From NCBI GenBank assembly GCA_964035545.1, contig OZ037768.1:186001-250000 (forward strand): a stretch of DNA of 64,000 bases, in the 5' to 3' direction. The translations under genes were made by a program, and so were the position numbers. Every line of letters begins with the position of its first letter. The stretch's first letter is position 1. This stretch comes from Bugula neritina (Eukaryota; Animalia; Bryozoa). This document shows positions 40,001 to 52,352 of this stretch, in pieces. The notes beneath the pieces are model-generated. The model saw only the letters and a program-made list of their open reading frames with translations, did no database searches and was not told the DNA's origin.

Positions 40001-42079
40001 AGTAAGTATATATTCCCTCAACACTATACTTTGTAGAGTAAGTATATATTCCCTCAACACTATACCTTGTAGAGTAAGTATATATTCCCTCAACACTATG
40101 TCTTGTAGAGTAAGTATATATTCCCTCAACACTATACCTTGTAGAGTAAGTATATATTCCCTCAACACTATGTCTTGTAGAGTAAGTATATATTCCCTCA
40201 ACACTATGCCTTGTAGAGTAAGTATATATTCCCTCAACACTGTGCCTTGTAGAGTAAGTATATATTCCCTCAACACTATACCTTGTAGAGTAAGTATATA
40301 TTCCCTCAACACTATGCCTTGTAGAGTAAGTATATATTCCCTCAACACTATGTCTTGTAGAGTAAGTATACATTCCCTCAACACTATGTCTTGTAGAGTA
40401 AGTATATATTCCCTCAACACTATGCCTTGTAGAGTAAGTATATATTCCCTCAACACTATACCTTGTAGAGTAAGTATACATTCCCTCAACACTATACCTT
40501 GTAGAGTAAGTATATATTCCCTCAACACTATGCCTTGTAGAGTAAGTATATATTCCCTCAACACTATGTCTTGTAGAGTAAGTATATATTCCCTCAACAC
40601 TATGTCTTGTAGAGTAAGTATATACTCCCTCAACACTATGTCTTGTAGAGAAATTGCCTCATGCTGGTTTATGGAAGTAAAGAACATCTTGTTCTTGTAG
40701 AGAAATAGCTGAAGGGTTGAATCCTGGAAACTGGGGATGGAAACGTCGCAGAGCTTTGTCATCCCAGAAGAGGAACGCAGTGAAGATTAGCAAGGAGAAA
40801 GCCAACTCCTACTTGTGTTTGGAGAAGAGAGGAGACATCTGTTTCTCAGCGCAAGACATTCTGGACGGCATCGACGCCATCTTTTCTGCTCTCATAGACT
40901 TGGCTAACAAAGCCATACAAGCTGTACTGGATGCCCTGCCAAGTTTCAGTTTACCAGGTCAGCTCTCTACTCCATCACTGTGGCTATGAGTCATATCTAC
41001 TCCGCCACTGTGACTTTGAGTCGTATAGCTACTAATCACAATGCTTCATTTAGGAACCGTAGCGAAGAAATTGAGATAACCCAAGTTCTTTAAATTTTTT
41101 AAAATGTTGGTTGAAATTCTTGCAAGAACATAACTTCTTTTGCTACACTTTTAGTCTAGAACACAGGCTTTTCTCAATTTCTCTCTCATTATGGAGCTAG
41201 ATAAAAAGCTTAAAATATGCTATTCAGCTGTTGAACCGTATAGCGTATCGCTTTATCATTGAAATGTTGATGCTGTAGGTATGCCCAACTTTTCCAATCT
41301 CTTCAGCTTGAACATCAACTTCAATCTCCCGACAATAGACTTCTCTCTGGATCTACCTCTCTTTGATCTCATCTTCAACTTCAACTTTGGGTGTGCCGTT
41401 GACGTGAAGAACGCCTGTGCGGCAGTATCTGGAGCCGTCAGCTTTGACTGTGGCAATGCCTATGGCAAGAGAGCTCTGTAAGCCAACACTCTAAAACTCG
41501 GCTTATTCTTGCAATATTTTACCGAGTTTAAACTGTTTGCATTTCTCTAAAATCAAACTATAGTCTGATTAGATAAAGCTGAACAATTATCAACTATTTC
41601 CAAATGTTCTCCATATTAAACATGCATGGCAGAATGATGGAATATACAACTTTCTGTTTTAGAATCTCTGAGGCAAGTTTGACCGAATTGGACTTTGCCA
41701 AGAGAAAAATGACAGATGCAGAAAGTAGGTTGCTTTACGAGCCAATTGTTACAGCTGAGTTTTCCTGCAGTTTGGAATCCTTAAGTGATTGTAGCACTGA
41801 AACTACTGCGGGCTAATCCACATTTGTACTTGATTCTGTAAAGACAGACCTAAACAAAAACAACTTGTGATCTAAACATCTCCCTCTCTGACTCTATATC
41901 TCATTGAGTAAACACTTATCATGGTTTTACTTTTCCCTTCAGATCTGGAGATGGAAGTTGAGAAAAGGAAAGTTGACTCCAAACACATGACAGAGGCAGA
42001 GGCCCTTGCTGCCATGCAGCACCTGACAGAAGAGCAGCTCCAAAAACTAAGTGAGATGATGCAACAGAAGCACGGATAG
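37068..42079 (+). CDS. Uncharacterised secreted precursor, 491 aa, copy 2; exons 37068-37072, 37383-37560, 38509-38746, 39130-39303, 39596-39821, 40701-40957, 41279-41477, 41663-41724, 41943-42079
   Basis: Same exon lengths and splice sites as copy 1; about 10 amino-acid differences; no stops. Confidence 0.85.
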
Positions 42080-43412
42080 AGTGAGTACTCCCTCGCACTA
42101 CAACTTTGTGGCATCCTAATATTACTAGTTATACATTATATGTAGTATTGTAGTACATTGCAACATATTATAATATATATTACATATTACATATTATATA
42201 TATTATATATTACATATTATATATTATATATATTATATTACATATTATATATTATATATACTATTTCGCTTTTCAAACACAAATTGTTCTGACAATTCTT
42301 ATACTTTAAGTTTTAGAAGACAAAACTATTCATTGAAGAAAAATGTTCTCAGCAAGAAACCCAAGCAGCTGGATTTAGTACTCGCATCTTTCAATTTGTG
42401 TGAATATATAAAAATTGTTCGAAAATAAACTTGAATGATTTATTTTTATCCGTTGTTTATCAATCAAATATAGTGACTTTAAAAATTCTATGGAGTTGTG
42501 GTGGTTATATATATTTACATAATGCATAATGGAGTAATACATAATGGAGTTATACATAATAGAGTAATACACGATGGAGTTAGACGTAATAGAGTAATAC
42601 ATATTATATGAATTACACATAATAAAGGATTGCATGATTGCGATTTTATTATAAACAATTAACACTTGATTAGAAGTTTAAACTATGGAATGCACCCAAT
42701 AATTTATAGGCAATTCATATTTTGGGGCTTCTTTATTCATGAGGATAGAAAATTATTTTTAATAGCTTCTCAAGGGATGACAACTCCGATTTAAGTGACT
42801 CACCAAGCATTTTATGTTAAGGTTTAAGTGCTTTAAGCTGCAATTCCAGCAATACAGTGTACAACACATTATTATCATCATTAAACTCCATTTCTTTATC
42901 AAATAATTGCAAACATTTTACAGTTAAAGCAAGTTCTAACTAAGTTGTCAATATTGAGCTATCTAAGCATTAAAATTTTGCAAAATATACATGCGTGCAA
43001 GCAAATACATACAATGTAAACTAAAATAGTTATTCTCAAGAAATGTGACAACTCCCCGAAGGTATTTGTATAATATCTATACTCATGTGTAAAGAGTTTA
43101 ATTCCTACTAGCAGCATGTCCTGATATACAGTATTAAATATATTTGTAAATTCAATTTTACAAAATCATTAAGAACTATAAACATTATAATATAAATGAT
43201 ATCACTAACTACATTGAGTAAGCAGTACGATTCCAACCACCAAATAAACTGCAAGTATGATAATTTTCCTGTCCTAATTACGTTGTAAGACAAACTGTTC
43301 ATTTAATATATTTACTAACAACTACAACTCCGTTTAAATGTTGAATAAAATTCTACTGAAGTGTTAGTCAACAGACTGAAAACTCATAAGCCATCAAGAG
43401 GTACTTGAAGGT

Positions 43413-44288
43413 TTAGTATTTTACTGTATATCTTCTTAAGCCATCCGTGTAGCATCCCAGAAACAGCACATCTCTGCGCACAGCTATGTCATACACGTCT
43501 TTTATTTCACCTAATTGTTCTTGTGGAATCACCCGTAACAAAGTGCCTAGTTAAAACAAAATGTTAATAGTTTAGTATATCATCTAATAGTCAAATGTCC
43601 AGCAGATGAGTCTAGTGCATACAACTGATATTTTTTGCTTTTTAGTTTCTACATGCTTTGCTACTGTAAAGTAATCTTGCCCCATGCACTGAGATTCGAA
43701 CCCGAAACCTCTAGCTGGCAAGTGTAGTTCAGAGAACTGGGTGGAATGTAGTAGTGAGTTTACCCAGTGGTGTAGCGGTTAGCACGCCTGCTTGCTAACC
43801 GGAGGTCTCGGGTTCGTAACCCAGTGGGGGCAAAATTGTTTAGCTGCTGCACTTGAGAGGAAGTAGACTGCGCCTTGAAAGCGAATTTGGTCCTAATTGC
43901 TTAAAAGTGCTAATTGAAACATTCTGCAAAAAGTAAAATACAAATAGACTGGGTACCATCAAGAGAAATGAGGAAGAGGGGTCCGTTTAGTGTACAGATA
44001 TAAATCACTTCAGACCTTTGGTCATAAGATATGCCAGTTGGATCTGGAATTTGTGGGGATTTCCACAACTCAATAAGGTCCGAGTTTGTTACTTTATATC
44101 TGCTCACTCGACCACTCTCAGCAGCATCTCCTATCAGTATGGTGGAGTCAGGGAGGATGCACACCGTGTCCGGGTTTCCCATTTGAAGAATTGGAGATTT
44201 GGAGAGTTTGCAGTGGAGTAAAGAACAGACAATCAGCTGGTTTTCTTCAGTGTCTACCATATAAACTACAAAGCTTTGCTGAGATATT
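43413..44288 (-). CDS. Last two exons (44288-43957 and 43546-43413) of an NHL/six-bladed beta-propeller-type protein; upstream exons not located
   Basis: PDTVCILPDSTILIGD...PTGISYDQRSEVIYICT...LISLDG joined to TLLRVIPQEQLGEIKDVYDIAVRRDVLFLGCYTDGLRRYTVKY*; acceptor ctttag and donor G|gtaccc in phase. Confidence 0.65.
43678..43833. mobile_element. Divergent pair of tRNA-derived SINE heads (intronic, uninterrupted paralog)
   Basis: A-box-like tggtgtagcggttag and B-box-like ggttcgtaacc on plus; B box ggttcgaatct on minus. Confidence 0.6.
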
Positions 44289-44564
44289 CTAAAGTATCTA
44301 ATCTTATCTATAGAGTACCTGTAAATAGTTCGAGTCTTTTTCACACACACACACGCACGCGCGCGCGCGCGCACACACACGCACACGCACACATGTAGTC
44401 ATTTCTTATTGCTGTGATGTAGAGAGGACAACTTCACAAGGCAAAATAGATGTCTAGAAACAAACTATAAATGCAAGGATGGATGGCAAGTGTTGGTGAA
44501 TCTATACACTCATTAGATCCCATCTGTTCACTATAGCAATGCAGCTTCTCTCCACCTTTCTCCT

Positions 44565-44915
44565 TTCACCCTCCATCCTATACCCTCCTCCTTCTACCCT
44601 CTTCTCTCCACCCTCTACCCTTCTCCTTTTACCCTCTACCCTTCTTCTACCCTCTACCCTTTTCCTTCTACCCTTCTACCCTTCTCCTTTTACCCTCTAC
44701 CCTTCTCCTTCTACCCTCTACCCTTCTCCTTCTACCCTCTACCCTTCTCCTTCTACCCTCCTCTCTCTACCCTCTACCCTTCTCCTTCTACCCTCCTCTC
44801 TCTACCCTCTACCCTTCTCCTTCTACCCTCTACCCTTCTACCCTCTACCCTTCTCCTTCTACCCTCCTCTCTCTACCCTCTACCCTTCTCCTTCTACTCT
44901 CCTCCTTCTACCCTC
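44565..44915. repeat. Pyrimidine-rich (ctaccct/ctcctt) low-complexity repeat
   Basis: Seen directly. Confidence 0.85.
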
Positions 44916-45741
44916 ATCTATCTACTCGCTTCCCACTATCCTCAACTGTATCCATCCAGAATTTAAATCAGATAAAATTAAACAGTCTGTAATCGAGGTG
45001 ATGAAATGCCAAATTAAGATATCTTTTCTCTGAACAAAGCTACTTAATTTCATGAGCACACAACTCCATGTCACTGCAGATAATCTCCATGTTTCAACAA
45101 CTGATCTTTCAAAATGGTTTGTTTTACTCAAATAAATTCATAGAAATGAAGTCATCAGGCCACGATACATTGAGGGTTTATTTATTACCAGGATACAAGA
45201 GGGTTTATTTATTACCATGTTGATTAGTAGAGTACACTTTAATTGACAATTGATCAAAAGTCAGAGTGGAGCCCACATATCTATATAAAAATGCACAAAG
45301 AGAATTATGTTGAAAGTTTATTTATAATATAAAACATGATGCTACATATTCTATAGACAACAGTGTAGGAGTGATAGTGTTGATACTGAAGGTTGGCAAA
45401 CATTATTATTATATACACTAACATCTATTTACAGTAATTTATATTTCACAAAATAAAACAACTTGCGGAGTGAGAAGTTAGTGTTGAGTTGTGTGAGTAT
45501 ATACTCTGTAACTGTGTCTGTAACTGTGAGTATATACTCTGTAACTGTGTCTGTAACTGTGAGTATATACTCTGCAACTGTGAGTATATACTCTGTAACT
45601 GTGTCTGTAACTGTGAGTATATACTCTGCAACTGTGAGTATATACTCTGTAACTGTGAGTACAGACTATGTAACTGTGAGTACAGACTATGACTGTGACT
45701 AGGAATTAGTACTGACTGTGACTAGGAGTTAGTACTGAGTA

Positions 45742-48700
45742 TCACTGATGCTGCCGCAGAGACGCCTTCATAAGACGCTGACACTCTGCTCCTGGCCATA
45801 GCCGAGTCAGCATAGAGCACTCAGCGTAATTAGCCGCCAGAACTTTTTCCTTGCTCTGAGATTTCAAGAGAGATTTCGTAGCATTGAGCACGTGCGCCGA
45901 GCAGGAAGTGGCCATGTTGACTACTCGCGGGATGACTTCCTGCATCAGACTAGTTGGCCAGAAGACGTGAGCCACCAGTCCGGCCTGATACGCTTCGAGG
46001 GCAGTCAGTACCCGCCCCGCCATCAGCATCTCATTAGCCTGTGAACCATAGAATACTAATAGTATAGATATAGAATACTAATAGTATAGATATAGAATAC
46101 TAATAGTATAGATATAGAGTAGTGATAGTATAGATATAGAGTAGTGATAGTATAGAGATAGAGTAGTATATAGTATAGATATAGAGTAGTATATAGTATA
46201 GAGATAGAGTAGTATATAGTATAGAGATAGAGTAGTATATAGTATAGAGATAGAGTAGTGTATAGTATAGAGATAGAGTAGTATATAGTATAGAGATAGA
46301 GTAGTATATAGGATAGAGATAGAGTAGTATATAGTATAGAGATAGAGTAGTATATAGTATAGAGATAGAGTAGTATATAGTATAGAGATAGAGTAGTATA
46401 TAGTATAGATATAGAGTAGTGATAATATAGATATAGAGTAGTGATAATATAGATATAGAGTAGTATATAATATAGATATAGAGTAGTGATAGTATAGATA
46501 TAGAGTAGTGATAATATAGCTATAGAGTATTGATGTCTAGAGAGACTTACTAATGCTGAGCCAACAACAGTGGGAAGAGAGTGAGTGATGCCGGCCTCCG
46601 GTACTTGACCTAGCCGAGTGTATGGAGTGGAGAACGTAGCCTTGTCACTAGCATACACGACGTCAAAGAGGGGGAGGATGGATACCCCGCACCCTATAGC
46701 TTCACCATTCACCGCAGCAACCAAAGGCTTGGGGAAAGACAGCGTCACTCTAATAAACTCGCTGTCGAAATAGAGAAACCCTTATCATTATATGTAGAGT
46801 AGAGTAATACACAGTAGAGTACATATAGAGTAGAACGCACCACAAGGCATCACACAGAGATCTGGCAGCATATATAGAGTAGAACGCACCACAAGGCATC
46901 ACACAGAGATCTGGCAGCGCACTCCACGTCTCCAGAAGTCAGGTACACCAGATCCATTCCGGAACAGAAGGTACCGTTGTCAGCACCGGTAACCAGGATG
47001 ACTCGAGACGCGTCGTCATGCTTTGCGGCGTCATTGAGTACATCAGTTAGTTCTCGTAGGGCCTGGTGGGAGAGAGAGAGTAATTACCCAGTCAGGACTA
47101 GTAGTTGTTACCTTAACAGTGAGGACTAGTAGTAGTTACCTTAACAGTGAGGACTAGTAGTTACCTTAACAGTGAGGTGAGGACTAGTAGTTACCTTAAC
47201 AGTGAGGACTAGTAGTTACCTTAACAGTGAGGACTAGTAGTAGTTACCTTAACAGTGAGGGCTAGTAGTAGTTACCTTAACAGTGAGGACTAGTAGTTGT
47301 TACCTTAACAGTGAGGGCTAGTAGTTGTTACCTTAACAGTGAGGGCTAGTAGTAGTTACCTTAACAGTGAGGACTAGTAGTTACCTTGGCAGTGAGGACT
47401 AGTAGTAGTTACCTTAACAGTGAGGACTAGTAGTAGTTACCTTAACAGTGAGGACTAGTAGTAGTTACCTTAACAGTGAGGACTAGTAGTTACCTTAACA
47501 GTGAGGGGTAGTAGTTACCTTAACAGTGAGGGGTAGTAGTAGTTACCTTAACAGTGAGGACTAGTAGTAGTTACCTTAACAGTGAAGACTAGTAGTTGTT
47601 ACCTTAACAGTGAGGACGTTTCTACGATTCCCCACTGAGGCGTTGAGTATTATCTGGGTGTAGTGGGTCGTTCTCTTCACTAAGATATCTGTTGTCTGAC
47701 TGGCTGGTGATACCTCCTTATTGCTGGCCCCTAAACACCAGGACATGGAGCTGTATATCTACCCCAGTCTAGCACTAATTGGCATAAACTTGATTTAGAA
47801 AAGTAAGTTATATTCAAATATCAAATTTCAAGAAATATGCAGCAATTGTGGATTTTCAACCATAGAAATGCCCTAAATTCAATAATTCAGACAGAACACA
47901 GATCTTACCATGTCTAGTTTTATCAGACCCTGACTTTCTAGAGTTTTCAAGGGTAGGCTTGCTACTTCTAGAAGCTGATTTTCTAGAGTTTTCAAGGGTA
48001 GGCTTGCTGCGTCTGGAAGTTGATTTCCTAGAGTTTTCAAGAGAAGGTTTGCTGCGTCTGGAAGTTGATTTCCTAGAGTTTTCAAGGGTAGGTTTGCTGC
48101 GCCTGGAAGTTAACTGTTTGCTACGCCCGGAGGTTAATTTCCTTGAACTCACAAGTTTAGATTTTTTACGCTTGGAAACTGATTTTTTTGCAACTTCTCG
48201 AACTGGTTTGCTGTGACTAGAGGTGACATAGTTGTTTAAATGAGATACTTTTGTAGGCCCCTGAGAAGCTGTTAGGTTGAGAGAACCAGCAGATGAGCTA
48301 CGCGGGTTAGGATTGTCACCATAACAATTGTCAAGATGAGTTGACGTATTAGATGTGCTAAAAGGTGAACCCTGAGGAGAGGTTCCACTCAGAGAAGACC
48401 TGAGGTGTCTATTATAAGGTTCCTGTGTAACACCCTGCGGTTGGATGTGTGAGGTGTTAGCTTTAGACTCTGCATGTGAAATATTCACATTAGTGTTTAC
48501 TGCTGGAATTCTAACAACTGAAAATATTAATATTCATTTAGAAACTTGTATATACAACTATTGATAGGCACACCAGCTTATATTCAACTCATATTCACCT
48601 ACTCATCAAAACACTAATACTCACCTAATTCAGCAGGTGCGTGCCTCAGTCTGTTAATACCCGGTTTTGATGCCAAGGGTCGCTCAACATTTTTTGCAGA

Positions 48701-49051
48701 ATGTTTTTTATCGAATGGCCACGTTAATTTAGAAGCATCGTCTAACATGCCGAATAACCTACGCCTGCCAGGCCTTCCTTCAACTCTACCAGATTCTTTA
48801 TGGCTGGACAAGGAAATTCCCCACAAGTGTTTATTAGGGAGAAGGTTATTTTCAGCTTCATCAACCAACCGCCGAAGTCTCTTGGTATCTCGCCGGTGGC
48901 TATTTTTGTTCCCTTTGTTCTGAGAATAGCTGAGGAATGAATTCTCTGTAGACTGGTGGAGTTTGCCTTCATCATTACATTTCTTACTCTCCTCCAACTC
49001 AAGCTCAACTCCGGGCTTCATTTCCCTGGCATCCACCCTTGTCCAATACAT
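45742..49051 (-). CDS. CDYL: CDYL-like protein (crotonase/enoyl-CoA hydratase fold) with long disordered basic N-terminus; exons about 49051-48625, 48517-47909, 47730-47603, 47062-46890, 46761-46551, 46038-45742
   Basis: DILVKRTTHYTQIIL, FCSGMDL, FPKPLVAAVNGEAIGCGVSILPLFDVVYASDKATFSTPYTRLGQVPE, ANEMLMAGRVLTALEAYQAGLVAHVFWP resemble the CDYL catalytic domain (VFWP motif); start codon uncertain. Confidence 0.8.
46055..46528. repeat. About 20-bp minisatellite tagtatagagatagagtagtata filling a CDYL intron
   Basis: Seen directly. Confidence 0.85.
47083..47617 (-). repeat. 25-28-bp donor-containing minisatellite (gtcctcactgttaag|gtaactactacta), about 19 copies
   Basis: First unit is the exon end and true donor at 47603/47602. 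Confidence 0.92.
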
Positions 49052-52000
49052 GTTACAGTTATTGAGCAACTTGCTTGCAGTTTAAAAACATAATAGCAAG
49101 TCCAAGAATACATTACGCATTTCTGATAACCCAAGTCGTAGTAACTCATAACTGATAACTCATAGGAGTAATAGTACTGATACTTATAGTGATACTGATG
49201 GTAGTAATAGTACTGATACTTATAGTGATACTGATGGTAGTAATGGTACTGATACTTATAGTGACACCCATAATTATAATGGCTTCCTTAGCTGATGTAC
49301 AATTCTTAAAGTTAAAATTAAACTTTAAACTTGAACCGTTGAATTTAAGATTACAATTCAATCCCTATGACTTATGAGTATTACCACTAGTAGCTCATAA
49401 CTTATTATAAGTATAAGCATAAATATTAATATAACTATAAGGCATAAGCATAATAACAATCACTATTTCGTTGCGATTGTCTATTATGATTAAAATTGTG
49501 ATTGTGACTTGTCAATTGTCCTTGTGATGGTGATTCAGATGGAGATTGTCATACTCATTTGTCACAGTCACAGTGATAATCACGAATCAATACAATATCA
49601 ATATGAATAAGTATAACAACTTGAACTACATTTACAATAAGTATAAGTACAATAATGAACAAAACAATTGTGATTGTTTATTACCATTAATATTTATATT
49701 AGCATTAGTATTTATTACTATAACTATTGGCTATTACTGTATTAGTATTACTATTACTATTACTATTTGTATTACTATTAGTATTAGGCCTACTATAAGT
49801 ATAAGACTTAGTATTACTATTAAGTATTAGTATTTATTTAGTTTTACTATTAGAGTATTAGTATCACATTTAATGATTTAGGTTTACTATAACTATAGGC
49901 TAACCGCTAATCACTAATGTGAATGCCTATAGTAATAACTAACAGTAAAACCAACACTAACAGTAACAGTAACAGTAAATATAATACATTATACAATTCT
50001 TGCTCTGTAACACTAACTGTATTCAGTTTCTAAAGAGCTAGAGACAGAGAGGCTTAAAATATAACAATTTCTCTATTATCAGTATGCATGATCTTTTAAA
50101 AAAATGTAGTTCTATCACTTAAAATGAGGTGCGGGCAGAGGATTAAAAAGAATACATAATTGTAGTTATACTATCAGTATGAGTATCATAGCAGACCTGG
50201 CCGCGCTAGAAAATAGTATGTGCAGCAGTTGGCCTTGACCTTATAGAAGACGAGCTACTGAGTGCAGTAGTCGATGGGGTCCTCCTTTTGGAGCCCGGAC
50301 CATCGAACTCAGCTCAGTGGCCTAGACAATACAACTACTACACTCAGTGCTCCCGAATTCTATGCTGTATCTAGCGATTCTGTATCAGTACTCCAATTTT
50401 TAATAAAAGGGTTAGAGTTCATAGGTTTTATAAATCACGCTGTCTTCAATAGCATTATTCTTGCAATCCGTAATCAAAGGTACATAATATATGAGTTAAT
50501 TTTTTCTAATGTTGGAGCTATATCATTATCCTTTCACAGTTAGCGTTATAATTTATGACCTCAGCAATTAATTCGATTGGTTGTAGCGCCTAAATAATAA
50601 TAAATAATAATAATAACTTTTAATAGTGGCAATTAAAACGAAATCGCTTGAAGCAGCACCAAATTGGTGGTGACTGCGTGCAGTGGAAGAGTTCCGAGTT
50701 GGCGGTTTGCAGATTTGACAATGTTTGGAGATATTTTCAACACGAAAGCACTTTGCACTCTTTTAGCCCTTTTAGACGCATTCAGGCGCAGAAGCGGAAA
50801 ATTTCCTATATATCCCAAGATCTATAATTTTTGTTAATGTGGTTAGAATGATTATCGAAATGTAATAACTTCTTTTACTACATTTTCTATCTATAACTCA
50901 GGCTTTTCCTAATACTGTATGTTCTCTGCTACTACACCTGCCGGTTAAGCATGCAGTTCAGGAATATATAATATTATTATATGTAATAAATTAGGCTAGA
51001 TTTGGAAGTGTAAAGTATCCATTAGTTCATGCTCTCTGTACTTGAATTATTTATTCTGTGCAGCTCCCCCCCCCCCCCCCCCCACACACGATCAACTGCA
51101 GAATGCATCTTGTTTCAGTAGCTGTATCTTCTAGTTATAGCAGCAGCAAGTTGTTTATTGTTGGTAAGATTTACAATCATGAAGAAATCAATAGTTGACA
51201 GTAACCATTAAACATCCAGAGCAAAGCTGGAGTTATTATCAGTGAATCATTGCTGGATTATTAGCTGCAATCTACTGAGCTGTTCATGGCGCTGCGAAAT
51301 CAGTTAAATTTGATGTTGGATGTTATGTGTAAGTGAAACTATCTAGACAGTGTTTGGAGCTAATTGGATTGTATACCAGTGTAGTTAAGTAGGTGTAACT
51401 CAAGTCAATGTAACTCAAGTCAGTGTAACTCAAGTCAGTGTAACTCAAGTCAGCGTAACTCAAGTCAATGTAACTCAAGTCAGTGTAACTTGAACATATA
51501 GTGTAAAATTTCACTTAGATTTTATAAAAGTAAGAAAGTTTTGCATTGCTTTGATCTGTTTTGATTCTGGTCTCATACTTATGTTTAGTATAATATGTAA
51601 TAAATATTTTATTAATCTACTCTATATATTTCAATTTAATTCATTTTAATACAGTTTATTTTCTTTTCCCAATGCAAGTACTTTTCTAGTTTGCCACAAA
51701 CAAACTTGAGGTATTCTTTTTAAAAGAATTATTTTTACTCATAAAATTTAATTTAAAGAACCTGTTTATTAATCAAAGAGCCCACAGATTGCTATGTGTT
51801 AGGAATCTTATTATATACGAGAAGGGAGAGTGTAATATTCTTATTTATATATCACTTAGAAATATAACATGAAATCTAAATTACATGAAAACATAGCATA
51901 TTATTAATACTTGATTATTGGTCCCACAACATTATATGTTTGATATTATATCATTTGATCAGCAAACTGTGCAATGCATATGATATTCATACAAACGCAA

Positions 52001-52113
52001 GTAACAACTGTGAACTCATAAGTCATTTAGCCAAACTCGTGGCACCACAGTTGTGCAGAGTAAAGTGAACAGCAACTCCTACTAGTTGAGAGAAAGTAAC
52101 AGGGTATTCCACA

Positions 52114-52247
52114 GGAGAAGGGGCTGGGGGTGGAGTAGGGGCTGGGGGTGGAGAAGGGGCTGGGGGTGGAGAAGGGGCTGGGGGTGGAGAAGGGGCTGGG
52201 GGTGGAGTAGGGGCTGGGGGTGGAGAAGGGGCTGGGGTGGAGTAGGG
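52114..52247 (+). repeat. 18-bp G-rich repeat ggagaaggggctgggggt, about 7 copies
   Basis: Seen directly; G4 and G5 runs. Confidence 0.85.
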
Positions 52248-52352
52248 TAAATACAAGCTGCTGTCACAGTCATGGCAGCATATTTGCAATAGATTGCATA
52301 GAATATATAATGTATATTAATAGTCAACTTGTATATCTGTGACTGACTCATG

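Larger units (their letters stand above)
34650..44288 (+). repeat. Tandem segmental duplication, copy 2 (about 9.6 kb)
   Basis: As above; shorter because arrays are smaller and the MITE is absent. Confidence 0.93.

Noticed and set aside
43762-43833. Possible functional tRNA gene
   Set aside because: Stems pair poorly, the copies are diverged, and one is interrupted by a MITE; better explained as a SINE head
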